Shown one piece after another: positions 47,897 through 56,502 of a stretch of DNA of 64,000 bases. Numbering within the stretch: the stretch's first letter is position 1; every line of letters begins with the position of its first letter. Under the pieces are notes generated by a model, which saw nothing but the letters and a program-made list of their open reading frames with translations, had not been told where the DNA came from and searched no databases. Origin of the DNA: Alphaproteobacteria bacterium (lineage in GTDB: Bacteria > Pseudomonadota > Alphaproteobacteria > UBA8366); the NCBI GenBank assembly GCA_009377445.1, contig WHUA01000001.1:902725-966724 (forward strand), given 5' to 3'. Both the position numbers and the translations under genes were made by a program.

Positions 47897-49003
47897 ATGC
47901 AGTTCCGCGCGGCGGTGATGCACGCGGCGAATGCGCCGCTGACTATCGAGTCGGTCGAGACGGCGCCGCTGGAGCCGGACGACGTGCTGGTGCGCATCGG
48001 CGCCGCCAGCATCTGCCACACCGACCTCGAGGTTCTCAGCGGCGAGATTCGCTATCCGATGCCGATGGTGCTGGGCCACGAGGCATCCGGCACGGTGGAG
48101 GCGGTGGGCGCCTCGGTGGCTGACGTCCGGCCGGGGGACCGCGTCGTGCTGTCCTGGAACCCGCATTGCGGCCATTGCTATTACTGCGAGAACAACCAGC
48201 CGATTCTGTGCGAAACCTACGTGAAGGGCCGCGCCGACGGCGCGCATTTCGACGGAACGCACCGGCTGAAATGGAAGGGGCAGCGGCTCAATACGCTGAT
48301 GTACATCGGCGGCTTCTCGGAATATTGCATCGTACCATCGCAAAGCGCGATCAAGGTGCCGGACGACATGCCCTTCGACTGCGGCTGCCTGATCGGCTGC
48401 GGCGTCATGACCGGCGTGGGCGCGGCGACGCGGGTCGCCCGCGTTACCTGGGGCTCGTCCGTGCTGGTGCTGGGCTGCGGGGCGATCGGCTTGAGCGCCA
48501 TCCAGGGCGCGCGGATGGCCGGGGCAGGCGTCATCCTCGCCGTCGACTTCGACGACCGGAAGCTCGCGGTCGCCCGCGAGGTCGGCGCGACGCATGTCTG
48601 CAACGCCGGCAAGGAAGACCCGCTCGCCGCGGTCAAATCGCTTAGCGCCGGACGCGGTGCCGACTATGTATTCGAGGCGGCGGGCAACGAAAAGGCCTTC
48701 CGCGCGTCGATCGAGGGCTGCCGTCCGGGCGGGCAGGTGGTCTGGCTCGGCAAGGTAAACGTCGACCGCGAGGTGAGCTTTCGCTGGGGCACGCTGATGG
48801 GCGAGCGTCATATCGTGCGGTCGAGCTACGGCGGCGCACGGCCGAGCGAGGATTTCCCGAGCCTGTCGCGCGCCTATCTCAAGGGCGACCTCAAGCTCGA
48901 CCACCTCGTGACCGCGCGTATCCCACTGGAGCGGATCAACGAGGGCTTCGACCTGCTGCGCGAAGGCAAGGCGATCCGCACGGTGATCGATTTCGACGCA
49001 TAG
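47897..49003 (+). CDS. Zinc-dependent alcohol dehydrogenase (MDR family)
   Basis: ATG 47897 in frame with ORF 47795..49003, GGAGG at 47886-47890. GHEASGTVEAVG, structural-Zn CGHCYYCENNQPILC, Rossmann VLGCGAIGL. Confidence 0.85.
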   Translation: MQFRAAVMHAANAPLTIESVETAPLEPDDVLVRIGAASICHTDLEVLSGEIRYPMPMVLGHEASGTVEAVGASVADVRPGDRVVLSWNPHCGHCYYCENNQPILCETYVKGRADGAHFDGTHRLKWKGQRLNTLMYIGGFSEYCIVPSQSAIKVPDDMPFDCGCLIGCGVMTGVGAATRVARVTWGSSVLVLGCGAIGLSAIQGARMAGAGVILAVDFDDRKLAVAREVGATHVCNAGKEDPLAAVKSLSAGRGADYVFEAAGNEKAFRASIEGCRPGGQVVWLGKVNVDREVSFRWGTLMGERHIVRSSYGGARPSEDFPSLSRAYLKGDLKLDHLVTARIPLERINEGFDLLREGKAIRTVIDFDA

Positions 49004-49080
49004 CGCGGTGTTCCGGTCGCGAGCGGCCCCTTGGGGAGTTTGCTATAGTAACCGGCAACAGGACAACAAGACATGCAGGG

Positions 49081-50505
49081 ATGAACGCCATGACCGGAAA
49101 TGCCGTCTCCTCCGTCGCGCTGGCCGAAGATCTCATCGCTCTCGATGCGGACCGGCTCACCGCCGACGATGTCGGCCAGCTCAAGCGCCTGATTCTCGAC
49201 CACGCGGCCGTCACGCTGTGCGGCTCGGTGCAGCCCTGGGGCCGCAAGCTCACCGATTGGGCGCGCGCCTATGGCGGGCAGGGCCGCGCGGTGCTGGTCG
49301 GCAGCGGCGGCCGGGCGAGCGCGGCGACGGCTGGGCTGGTCAACGGCACCTCCGCGCATGGCTACGAGCTCGACGACACGCACGAGTACTCGCGCAGCCA
49401 TCCGGGCGCGGTCGTGATCACCGCCGCGCTCGCGGTCGGTACGGAGCGGAAGTCGCCGGGCCGCGACGTCATGGCGGCGGTCGTCGCAGGCTACGAGGTC
49501 ATGACGCGGCTCGGCATGGCGGCGGGCGCGCTCGCGACGACGCAGACCGGATTCCATGCCACCTGCCTGTATGGACCGTTCGGCGCCGCGGCCGCGGCGG
49601 CCCGCCTCATGGGGCTGGATGCGGGCCAGCTCGCGCAGGCCTGGGGCATCGCGCTGTCGATGACCGGCGGGTCGTCGCAGTTCGCCTTCGAGCCCAAGGG
49701 CACCATGGTCAAGCGCATGCATGGCGGCATTCCCGCGCAAAACGGCATCGTTGCGGCGCAGCTCGCGAGCCTCGGCGTCGCCGGGCCCGTGCGCGCGTTC
49801 GAGGGCGAGCACGGCTTCTTCCATCTCTACGGCCGCGATCCCGATCCGTCGCTGCTCATGCGCCGCGCGGGAGAGCCGTTCCAAATCCACAAGATGAGCT
49901 TCAAGCCGTATTCCTGCTGCCGCAAGTTCCATTCGCTGATCGATGCGCTGGAGACGGCAACCGATGGCTTCAAGCTCGATCCGCAGTCGATCGACCGCAT
50001 CACGGTCTATTCGCCGACCGGGTCCATCGAGAAGCATCAGATGAAACGTCCCGACTCGGTCATGGCGGCGCAGTACAGCATGCCCTACATCGTCGGCGCG
50101 ACGTTGGCCTACGGATCGCGGCGCTTCGACGCCTACGGCCCGGACCACCACGGCGACAAGCGCATCCTCGACATCGTCGACCGCGTCGATGCCGAGCTCG
50201 ACACCAGCCTCGATCGTTACGTGCCGGACGCGATGCCTAATCGCGTGACGGTCCGGCTGCGCGACGGCAGCGAACGGAAGGAAACGGTGATCGTGAGCAC
50301 GGGCTCGCCCGAGCGGCCGCTCTCGATGTCGGACGTGGCGGAGAAGGCGCGCGCGCTTCTCGCGATGGTCGATCCCGTCATCGACCTCGACCGCATCGTG
50401 GCGGGCGTGGAATCCCTGCCGGGAACGAAGGATGTCGGCAGCTTCGCCGAGACGCTGACGATCCCGGGATATCCCGCGGAGGGCCGCGGGTCGAAGGCGG
50501 CATAG
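49081..50505 (+). CDS. MmgE/PrpD-family protein (paralogue 2)
   Basis: ORF 49081..50505, 474 aa: GTSAHGYELDDTH, FHATCLYGPFGAA, MVKRMHGGIPAQNG. Confidence 0.8.
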   Translation: MNAMTGNAVSSVALAEDLIALDADRLTADDVGQLKRLILDHAAVTLCGSVQPWGRKLTDWARAYGGQGRAVLVGSGGRASAATAGLVNGTSAHGYELDDTHEYSRSHPGAVVITAALAVGTERKSPGRDVMAAVVAGYEVMTRLGMAAGALATTQTGFHATCLYGPFGAAAAAARLMGLDAGQLAQAWGIALSMTGGSSQFAFEPKGTMVKRMHGGIPAQNGIVAAQLASLGVAGPVRAFEGEHGFFHLYGRDPDPSLLMRRAGEPFQIHKMSFKPYSCCRKFHSLIDALETATDGFKLDPQSIDRITVYSPTGSIEKHQMKRPDSVMAAQYSMPYIVGATLAYGSRRFDAYGPDHHGDKRILDIVDRVDAELDTSLDRYVPDAMPNRVTVRLRDGSERKETVIVSTGSPERPLSMSDVAEKARALLAMVDPVIDLDRIVAGVESLPGTKDVGSFAETLTIPGYPAEGRGSKAA

Positions 50506-50540
50506 ACAGGGAGGAGAATCGCATTTAAGGGTGCTCTCGG

Positions 50541-50716
50541 CGATTGGGACAAGCGAGGTGCGTGCTTCGACAGGCTCAGCATGAGGTTTTTTCTCAATGC
50601 CACGAAGATTCTCCCTCATCCTGAGCTTCCTCATCCCGAGCTTATCGAGGGACGAAGGACGCACGGCATTCGTGCAAGATACGCAATTGCGATTGCCCTG
50701 CGTCGAGAGGGAGGGA
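50541..50716 (+). repeat. Intergenic repeat, family 1, copy C
   Basis: Collinear with copy A. 70-nt exact match to the reverse complement of copy B. Contains the tandem CCTCATCCTGAGCTT / CCTCATCCCGAGCTT. Its purine-rich 3' end abuts the ATG at 50719. Confidence 0.9.
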
Positions 50717-50718
50717 CC

Positions 50719-51555
50719 ATGCCAAGCGCGCTCGAACTGGCCTTGCTCGACAAGGTTTCGGCGTCCGTGCAATTCGGGGTCGACACCGGCGAGCCGCCGG
50801 TGACCCTGGTCAACGAATCAGAATCCGGCGAAGACACGCGCTTCGGGACATTCGAAGCGCACCGGGTGTCGATCCATGACGCCCGCCCTATCGTGGACCG
50901 GCTGGACCTCGACGTGCAGGGCTTCTCCATCGCGCGGCATGAGACGGCGGTCGGCGATTTTTACGACACGGCGGAAGTCCGCGCGGTCTACTACCCGGAA
51001 ATGGAGGCGCTGGTGAAGCAGGCGACCGGCGCGGTGAAGGCCATCGTGTTCGACCACACCGTTCGCATCGACGACGGCAGCCTGCAGACGGCGCGCAAGG
51101 TACGCGGGCCGGCGCGCAACGTGCACAACGACTTCACCATCGCCGCCGCGGAACAGCGGGTACGCGATCTGCTGCCGAAGGCGGAGGCCAGGCAACGGCT
51201 GTCCAGGCGTTTCGGCTCGATCAACGTCTGGCGGCTGATCAAGGGGCCGGTCGAAACCGCGCCGCTCGCTATCTGCGAATACGCCAGCATCCGCGATCGC
51301 GACCTGATCGCCTCCGAGCGGCGCTATAAGAACCGCGTCGGCGGCATATACTACCTCGCCCACAATCCGGAACAGCGCTGGTATTATTTCCCGCGCATGA
51401 TGCGTAACGAGGTCGTGCTGCTGAAATGCTACGATTCGCTGACGGACGGCACCGCCCGCTGGACGGCGCACGGCGCGTTCGACGATCCCAGCACGCCGGC
51501 AGGCGCCCCGCCGCGCGAAAGCATCGAAATCCGCACCCTCGTCTTCTACGAGTGA
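50719..51555 (+). CDS. CmcJ/NvfI-like (AsaB-type) putative non-haem-iron oxygenase
   Basis: ATG 50719 in frame with ORF 50581..51555. The upstream 46 codons of the track ORF are repeat sequence. 278 aa including ARNVHNDFT. The family assignment is from memory, hence moderate confidence. Confidence 0.55.
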   Translation: MPSALELALLDKVSASVQFGVDTGEPPVTLVNESESGEDTRFGTFEAHRVSIHDARPIVDRLDLDVQGFSIARHETAVGDFYDTAEVRAVYYPEMEALVKQATGAVKAIVFDHTVRIDDGSLQTARKVRGPARNVHNDFTIAAAEQRVRDLLPKAEARQRLSRRFGSINVWRLIKGPVETAPLAICEYASIRDRDLIASERRYKNRVGGIYYLAHNPEQRWYYFPRMMRNEVVLLKCYDSLTDGTARWTAHGAFDDPSTPAGAPPRESIEIRTLVFYE

Positions 51556-51639
51556 CGCAGAGAAGAAGCCGGCGCGCCCGCCGGGGCACGGTTGATCCGC
51601 CGGATGCGCCATCCATATGGCTGGTGAGAGGATCGTCGC

Positions 51640-52959
51640 ATGCAGGAGAATCAGGAAAAGGCGCGCCGCCCCCGTGTCGTCCCTCGTATCGTCATCGTCG
51701 GGGCGGGTTTCGGCGGCCTCGCCGCCACCCAGGCGCTGGCGCGGACGCCGGCCGAGGTGGTCGTCCTGGACCGCCGCAATCACCACCTTTTCCAGCCGCT
51801 GCTATATCAGGTGGCGACGGCGGGATTGTCGCCGGCGGATATCGCCTGGCCGATCCGCGGCATCCTCAGATCTCAAAGCAACGTCACCGTGCAGCTCGGC
51901 AGCGTGCGGGGCGTCGATCTTTCCGCGAGGGAGGTCATGGTCGGCGACGCCCGACTGGGATACGACTATCTCGTGATCGCGACCGGCGCGCGGCATGCCT
52001 ATTTCGGGCATGACGACTGGGAGAAGTTCGCGCCGGGCCTGAAGCGCATCGAAGATGCGACGACGATCCGGCGGCGCATCCTGCTCGCCTTCGAGATGGC
52101 CGAGTGCGGACGCGATCCGGCGGAAAGGCGCCGCCTGCTTAATTTCGTGATCGTGGGCGGGGGCGCGACCGGCGTCGAGATGGCCGGCGCGATCGCCGAG
52201 CTGGCGCGGAAGGCGTTGGCTTCGGACTTTCGTCATATCGATCCTCGCGAGGCGCGGATCGTCCTGGTCGAGGCAGGGCCGCGTCTTCTGCCGTCGTTTC
52301 CGCCGGAGCTTTCGGAATTCGCACGCCGCTCGCTGGAAAAGCTCGGCGCCGAAGTGCTGCTCGGGAAAGCCGTGACGGGGTGCGATGCGGATGGCGTGGC
52401 CGTCGGCGATGCGCGGATCGAAGCCGAGACGGTTATCTGGGCGGCGGGCGTCATGGCGTCGCCGGCCGCGACCTGGCTCGGTGCCGAGTGCGACAAGGCC
52501 GGCAGGGTGATCGTCGAGCGCGATTTCTCCGTCAAAGGGCATCCTGAGATATTCGTCGTCGGCGACACCGCGCACTTCTCCGAAGGCGAAAGGATGCTGC
52601 CGGGCGTCGCGCCGGCGGCGAAGCAGGCCGGGCAGTATGTCGCGCGCGTGATCGACCGGCGTGTCCGGGGACAGAAGGCGCCGGCGCCTTTCCGCTACCG
52701 CGATTGGGGCAACTTGGCGACGATCGGCCGGAAATCCGCCATCGTCGCCATGGGCCGGCTATCGTTCAAGGGCTGGCTCGCCTGGGTCTTCTGGAGCGTG
52801 GCGCACATCTATTTCCTGATCGGGCTCAGGAACCGGATCGTCGTCGCGCTCAACTGGCTGTGGAGCTACGTCACCTTCGAGCGCGGCGCGCGCCTCATCA
52901 CCGGGATCGACGCCGAGGACGTACAGGCTTCCCGCGACGCGCTGCGCAAGGCGTCGTGA
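51640..52959 (+). CDS. ndh: Type II NADH dehydrogenase (NDH-2), FAD/NAD(P)-binding oxidoreductase
   Basis: ORF 51640..52959. Two dinucleotide folds (IVIVGAGFGGLAAT, FVIVGGGATGVEMAG) and a C-terminal amphipathic/membrane anchor. Confidence 0.8.
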   Translation: MQENQEKARRPRVVPRIVIVGAGFGGLAATQALARTPAEVVVLDRRNHHLFQPLLYQVATAGLSPADIAWPIRGILRSQSNVTVQLGSVRGVDLSAREVMVGDARLGYDYLVIATGARHAYFGHDDWEKFAPGLKRIEDATTIRRRILLAFEMAECGRDPAERRRLLNFVIVGGGATGVEMAGAIAELARKALASDFRHIDPREARIVLVEAGPRLLPSFPPELSEFARRSLEKLGAEVLLGKAVTGCDADGVAVGDARIEAETVIWAAGVMASPAATWLGAECDKAGRVIVERDFSVKGHPEIFVVGDTAHFSEGERMLPGVAPAAKQAGQYVARVIDRRVRGQKAPAPFRYRDWGNLATIGRKSAIVAMGRLSFKGWLAWVFWSVAHIYFLIGLRNRIVVALNWLWSYVTFERGARLITGIDAEDVQASRDALRKAS

Positions 52960-53074
52960 ACGGGCTGCTTCAAGTGGCCATCAGGGCATCCCATTTTTCC
53001 CTCGCCGCGGCGCGATCGATAGCGGCGGCTTTTCGGCTGGGTTGCCGTCGGTCGCCTTGGTTCGGCAGCCACGC

Positions 53075-53103
53075 TTGACCCATCACGCCATGCAGCTTCT
53101 AAT
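53075..53103 (+). promoter_or_regulatory. Candidate sigma70-like promoter for the TRAP operon
   Basis: TTGACC (53075-53080), 17-nt spacer, TCTAAT (53098-53103), about 120 nt upstream of the ATG at 53226. Pattern match only. Confidence 0.3.
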
Positions 53104-53225
53104 AATGCGTGATGATGAACCTGGGATCATGTCTTCGGAGGTTCCGCGTAGCCAAGGATCCGTCAGACGGGTAAAAAAATATCGGGGACGCCGACAATCC
53201 CCAACCCAATGGGAGGCAAAGCATA

Positions 53226-54380
53226 ATGATTTCGAATCGACAGGTACGACTACTCGCCGGCGCCGCGATTCTGGGCATCGGTGCGTTGGCGCTGACTACA
53301 GCGCCGCACTTGACATCGATGGCGCTTGCAGCCGATCAGCCCAAGAAGGTCACCATCCGCTTGGTATCCGATCTGACGCCGCCGCCGCACCCAGCGGCCA
53401 TCGCGCAGGTATACTTCGCCGAGGAGCTCGGCAAGCTCATTCCGGGAAGCGAGGTCCGCAGCTACTACGCCGGCGCGCTCTACAAAATTCCGGAAGCTGT
53501 CGAGGCGATGACCGACGGCAACCTGGAAATGACTTGGGGACAGTTCGGCAAGACGGCGCAGATCGACCCCTACATGATCGCCGTGAACGGCCCGATGTTG
53601 CTGACGACGCCGGGAGCGATGAACCAGATCGAGACCTTCGAGACCTATAAGTTCCTGGTCAAGCGCTTCAAGGACATCCACAAGGTCAAGATCTTCGGGA
53701 CCGGCCAGCTCAGCATGTATATCGGCGTCGGCGCGCAAGAGCGCCTGAGATTGCCGGAAGATTTCAATGGCAAGAAGCTGCGGAGCATGGGGCCGGCCGA
53801 GAACGTCGCGTTGGAGACCTGGGGCGCTAATCCCGTCACGATGGCGTTCGGCGACGTCCCGCCGGCGCTCGAGACCAAGGTCATCGACGGGCTTGCGACA
53901 AGCCTCGGCGGATTCATGAGCACGAAGGACCAGGCGCCGTACTTCACGATCGCCGGCATCAACGGCATATCGGGCGATTTCTACTGGGTCGGCGCTAGTC
54001 TCGCGTGGTGGAACAAGCTCAACAAGCCGACCCAAGATACCATCGAGAAGCTGATGGTGGAAAAAGTGCTTCCGTTCCAGAAGCAGATAAACTGGTGCAA
54101 CGATAAGCGCGTGATCGCGAAGTACCAGACGCAGGATCCTTCCAAGCCCGGCATCTATATCCTGAGCGAGAAAGAGGCAGAGGATTTCGCCAACAAGCTC
54201 GGCGACGCCACGGCGGCATGGATCAAGACCAAGACACCGAAAGACGCCAACAAGTGGGTCGATCTGTTCGTGAAGGATGCGCGGGCGGCATCGAAGGCGC
54301 ATCCGATCGGCTCGGATCCGCTGGAGAAGACCGATTGTGCCAAGCTGGAGCACTGGTTCACTCGTTTCACCAAGAGATAG
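53226..54380 (+). CDS. TRAP transporter substrate-binding protein (DctP family)
   Basis: ORF 53226..54380, GGGAGG SD upstream, signal peptide. Followed by small and large TRAP permease genes. Confidence 0.75.
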   Translation: MISNRQVRLLAGAAILGIGALALTTAPHLTSMALAADQPKKVTIRLVSDLTPPPHPAAIAQVYFAEELGKLIPGSEVRSYYAGALYKIPEAVEAMTDGNLEMTWGQFGKTAQIDPYMIAVNGPMLLTTPGAMNQIETFETYKFLVKRFKDIHKVKIFGTGQLSMYIGVGAQERLRLPEDFNGKKLRSMGPAENVALETWGANPVTMAFGDVPPALETKVIDGLATSLGGFMSTKDQAPYFTIAGINGISGDFYWVGASLAWWNKLNKPTQDTIEKLMVEKVLPFQKQINWCNDKRVIAKYQTQDPSKPGIYILSEKEAEDFANKLGDATAAWIKTKTPKDANKWVDLFVKDARAASKAHPIGSDPLEKTDCAKLEHWFTRFTKR

Positions 54381-54431
54381 GAACCTGTTTGGCGAAGCTG
54401 GAACCGGCTGCGCCGATGTAGGTTTGCAAGT

Positions 54432-54456
54432 GGGGATAGGCCACGTGGCCTTCCCC
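54432..54456 (+). terminator. Intercistronic stem-loop after the TRAP binding-protein gene
   Basis: GGGGATAGGCCAC / GTGGCCTTCCCC, an imperfect hairpin centred on the palindrome AGGCCACGTGGCCT. Lies 52 nt after the stop. Confidence 0.35.
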
Positions 54457-54501
54457 GCTTCGCATGTCTCCGAGAAGCTTGCCTCTTCGAGGGTGGGGAT
54501 C

Positions 54502-55059
54502 ATGGAAAAGATGCTCGACAGTACATACAGGGCCCTGCGTTTCTTCACGGATAAGATCGTCGGATACTTTGCTGCACTGATAATGATAGGGGCGACAGGA
54601 CTCGCTCTTGCCGAAATCGGCCGCCGCTACATCTTGGGCGTGACCTTCCACTGGGGACAGGACGCGGTCACTTATTTCATCGTCGGGTCTATATCGCTGT
54701 TTTTTGCGGTCACTCAGGCCCGGCGCTCGCATCTCGCCATGTCGGTGGTGCTCGATATGCTCAAGTCAAAGGGGAAATTGCGCGCGGCAATGTATGTCCG
54801 CGCTGTCGTATCGTTTCTGTCATTGTGCTTTTACGTCGCCTTTTCATGTTGGGGCTGGCCCACCGTCGAGCGTGCGTGGATGATTGGTGCTACGACGCAA
54901 AGCATGCTGCTGGTTATGTGGCCGTTTCAAGCCATGCTGCTGCTCGGTTTCGTCCTCATGGCGCTGGCATCGGCCTTCCAGCTTTATCAGGACGTGCAAG
55001 CGATTTTCGGACGCAAGGTATTTCCTTGGGCGGAGACCGAAGAGGGCTTGGAGATCTGA
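54502..55059 (+). CDS. TRAP transporter small permease (DctQ family)
   Basis: ATG 54502 in frame with ORF 54277..55059. 185 aa, four hydrophobic segments. Confidence 0.75.
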   Translation: MEKMLDSTYRALRFFTDKIVGYFAALIMIGATGLALAEIGRRYILGVTFHWGQDAVTYFIVGSISLFFAVTQARRSHLAMSVVLDMLKSKGKLRAAMYVRAVVSFLSLCFYVAFSCWGWPTVERAWMIGATTQSMLLVMWPFQAMLLLGFVLMALASAFQLYQDVQAIFGRKVFPWAETEEGLEI

Positions 55060-55182
55060 TTGGTGAAGCAGGACCTGACGATCCGACCTTCATATCGTAA
55101 ATCATGAAGTCGAAGAAACAAGAATAGCGGTCGAGAAATTCGTGCCGCAGCGTTGAAACGCACAAGAGGGGGGCTTACGGCG

Positions 55183-56463
55183 ATGGCCGCGCTGGGAAGC
55201 ATGTTGATCCTGTTCATGGTGTTGGCGGTACCGATCGGCATCGCTCTCGCAGGCGCGTCGATCCTTTACATCCTGTATGACCCGATGCTGTCGCCCGCGA
55301 CCGTCTTTCGGGCATTCTTTTCCTTCCTGAACAGCTACACGCTCATGGCGGTTCCGTTCTTCATCTATACCGGGTTCTTGATGGAGAAGACCGGACTCAT
55401 CGGCAAGCTGTTCCAATTGGCCGACGCGCTGATCGGCTGGGTTCCCGGCGGCTTCGCCTACGCGACGCTTATCGCCTGCGTATTCTTCGGCGCCATTTCC
55501 GGATCGAGCACGGCGATGGCGGCGGCAATGGGCGTCATCGCCTATCCAGAAATGATCAAGCGCGGCTATCCTGTCTGGATGGCGGCTGGCGTGATCGCCT
55601 GCGGCGGCGGAATCGCTCTCCTTATACCCCCGAGCATCGCGCTCATCCTCTTCGGCATCCTAACCGAGGAATCGATCGTTTCTCTGTTCTTCGCTGGCTT
55701 CGTGCCGGGCCTCATGCTGGCGATCAGCGACGCGGTCATCATCGTCTTCGCGGCGTGGTATCTCGGCATGCCGGCGGGCAAGTTCGATGCGAGTTACCTG
55801 CTTCGGTCGTTTCTGGAGGCAGGGCCTGCCCTGCTGATGCCGGTAATCGTCCTGGGCGGCCTCTACGGCGGCCTGTTCACCCCGACCGAAGCGGGCGCGG
55901 CGGCCTGTGGCTACGCGGTGATTTATGGCTTGATTGCAAAGCGCGGCCAGTTCGTAAGGGAGCTGCTGCCGGTAACCTTTCGTGCCGTGAATTTGACATC
56001 CGTCGTCTTCTTTCTGGTCGGCTGCGTTGGGGTGTTCCAGTTTCTGCTCGCCAACAAAGGGTGGCCGCAGGACATTGCAGCTTGGGTCGTTGCGCTCAAT
56101 CTGTCGCCGATGGCATTCCTCGTCATTTTGCTCCTCGTCCTGCTTTTCCTGTCGATGTGGCTGACCGGTGTCGCCATCCTCGTTCTGACCGTGCCGGTCT
56201 TCTTTCCCGTCGCGGTCGTGCTGGATATCAATCCGATTCATCTTGGCATTCTTGTCACCATCGCGATCGAGATGGGCGGCGTGATTCCACCGGTCGGGCT
56301 CAACCTCTTCGCGGTCAGCGGCACGACCGGGGTTCCCTTGGTAAAAGTCATGCAGGGCGCGATACCATTCCTGATAACCGACGGCATCGTCCTGATTCTG
56401 GTTCTGTTCTTTCCGATCCTTGCGCTGATCGTGCCGAACATGCTGATCAAGTCGGTATTCTGA
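55183..56463 (+). CDS. TRAP transporter large permease (DctM family)
   Basis: In frame with ORF 55153..56463. ATG 55183 is preceded by AGAGGGGGG. 426 aa, highly hydrophobic with a DctM-like organisation. Confidence 0.85.
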   Translation: MAALGSMLILFMVLAVPIGIALAGASILYILYDPMLSPATVFRAFFSFLNSYTLMAVPFFIYTGFLMEKTGLIGKLFQLADALIGWVPGGFAYATLIACVFFGAISGSSTAMAAAMGVIAYPEMIKRGYPVWMAAGVIACGGGIALLIPPSIALILFGILTEESIVSLFFAGFVPGLMLAISDAVIIVFAAWYLGMPAGKFDASYLLRSFLEAGPALLMPVIVLGGLYGGLFTPTEAGAAACGYAVIYGLIAKRGQFVRELLPVTFRAVNLTSVVFFLVGCVGVFQFLLANKGWPQDIAAWVVALNLSPMAFLVILLLVLLFLSMWLTGVAILVLTVPVFFPVAVVLDINPIHLGILVTIAIEMGGVIPPVGLNLFAVSGTTGVPLVKVMQGAIPFLITDGIVLILVLFFPILALIVPNMLIKSVF

Positions 56464-56502
56464 GCTGGGCAGGGGCGACGATCTTAGCCAGGGTGCGCCA
56501 GC

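Noticed and set aside
48874-50772. 632-aa minus-strand ORF
   Set aside because: It is antisense to PrpD paralogue 2 and extends through repeat copy C. Its N-terminus is simply translated repeat sequence.
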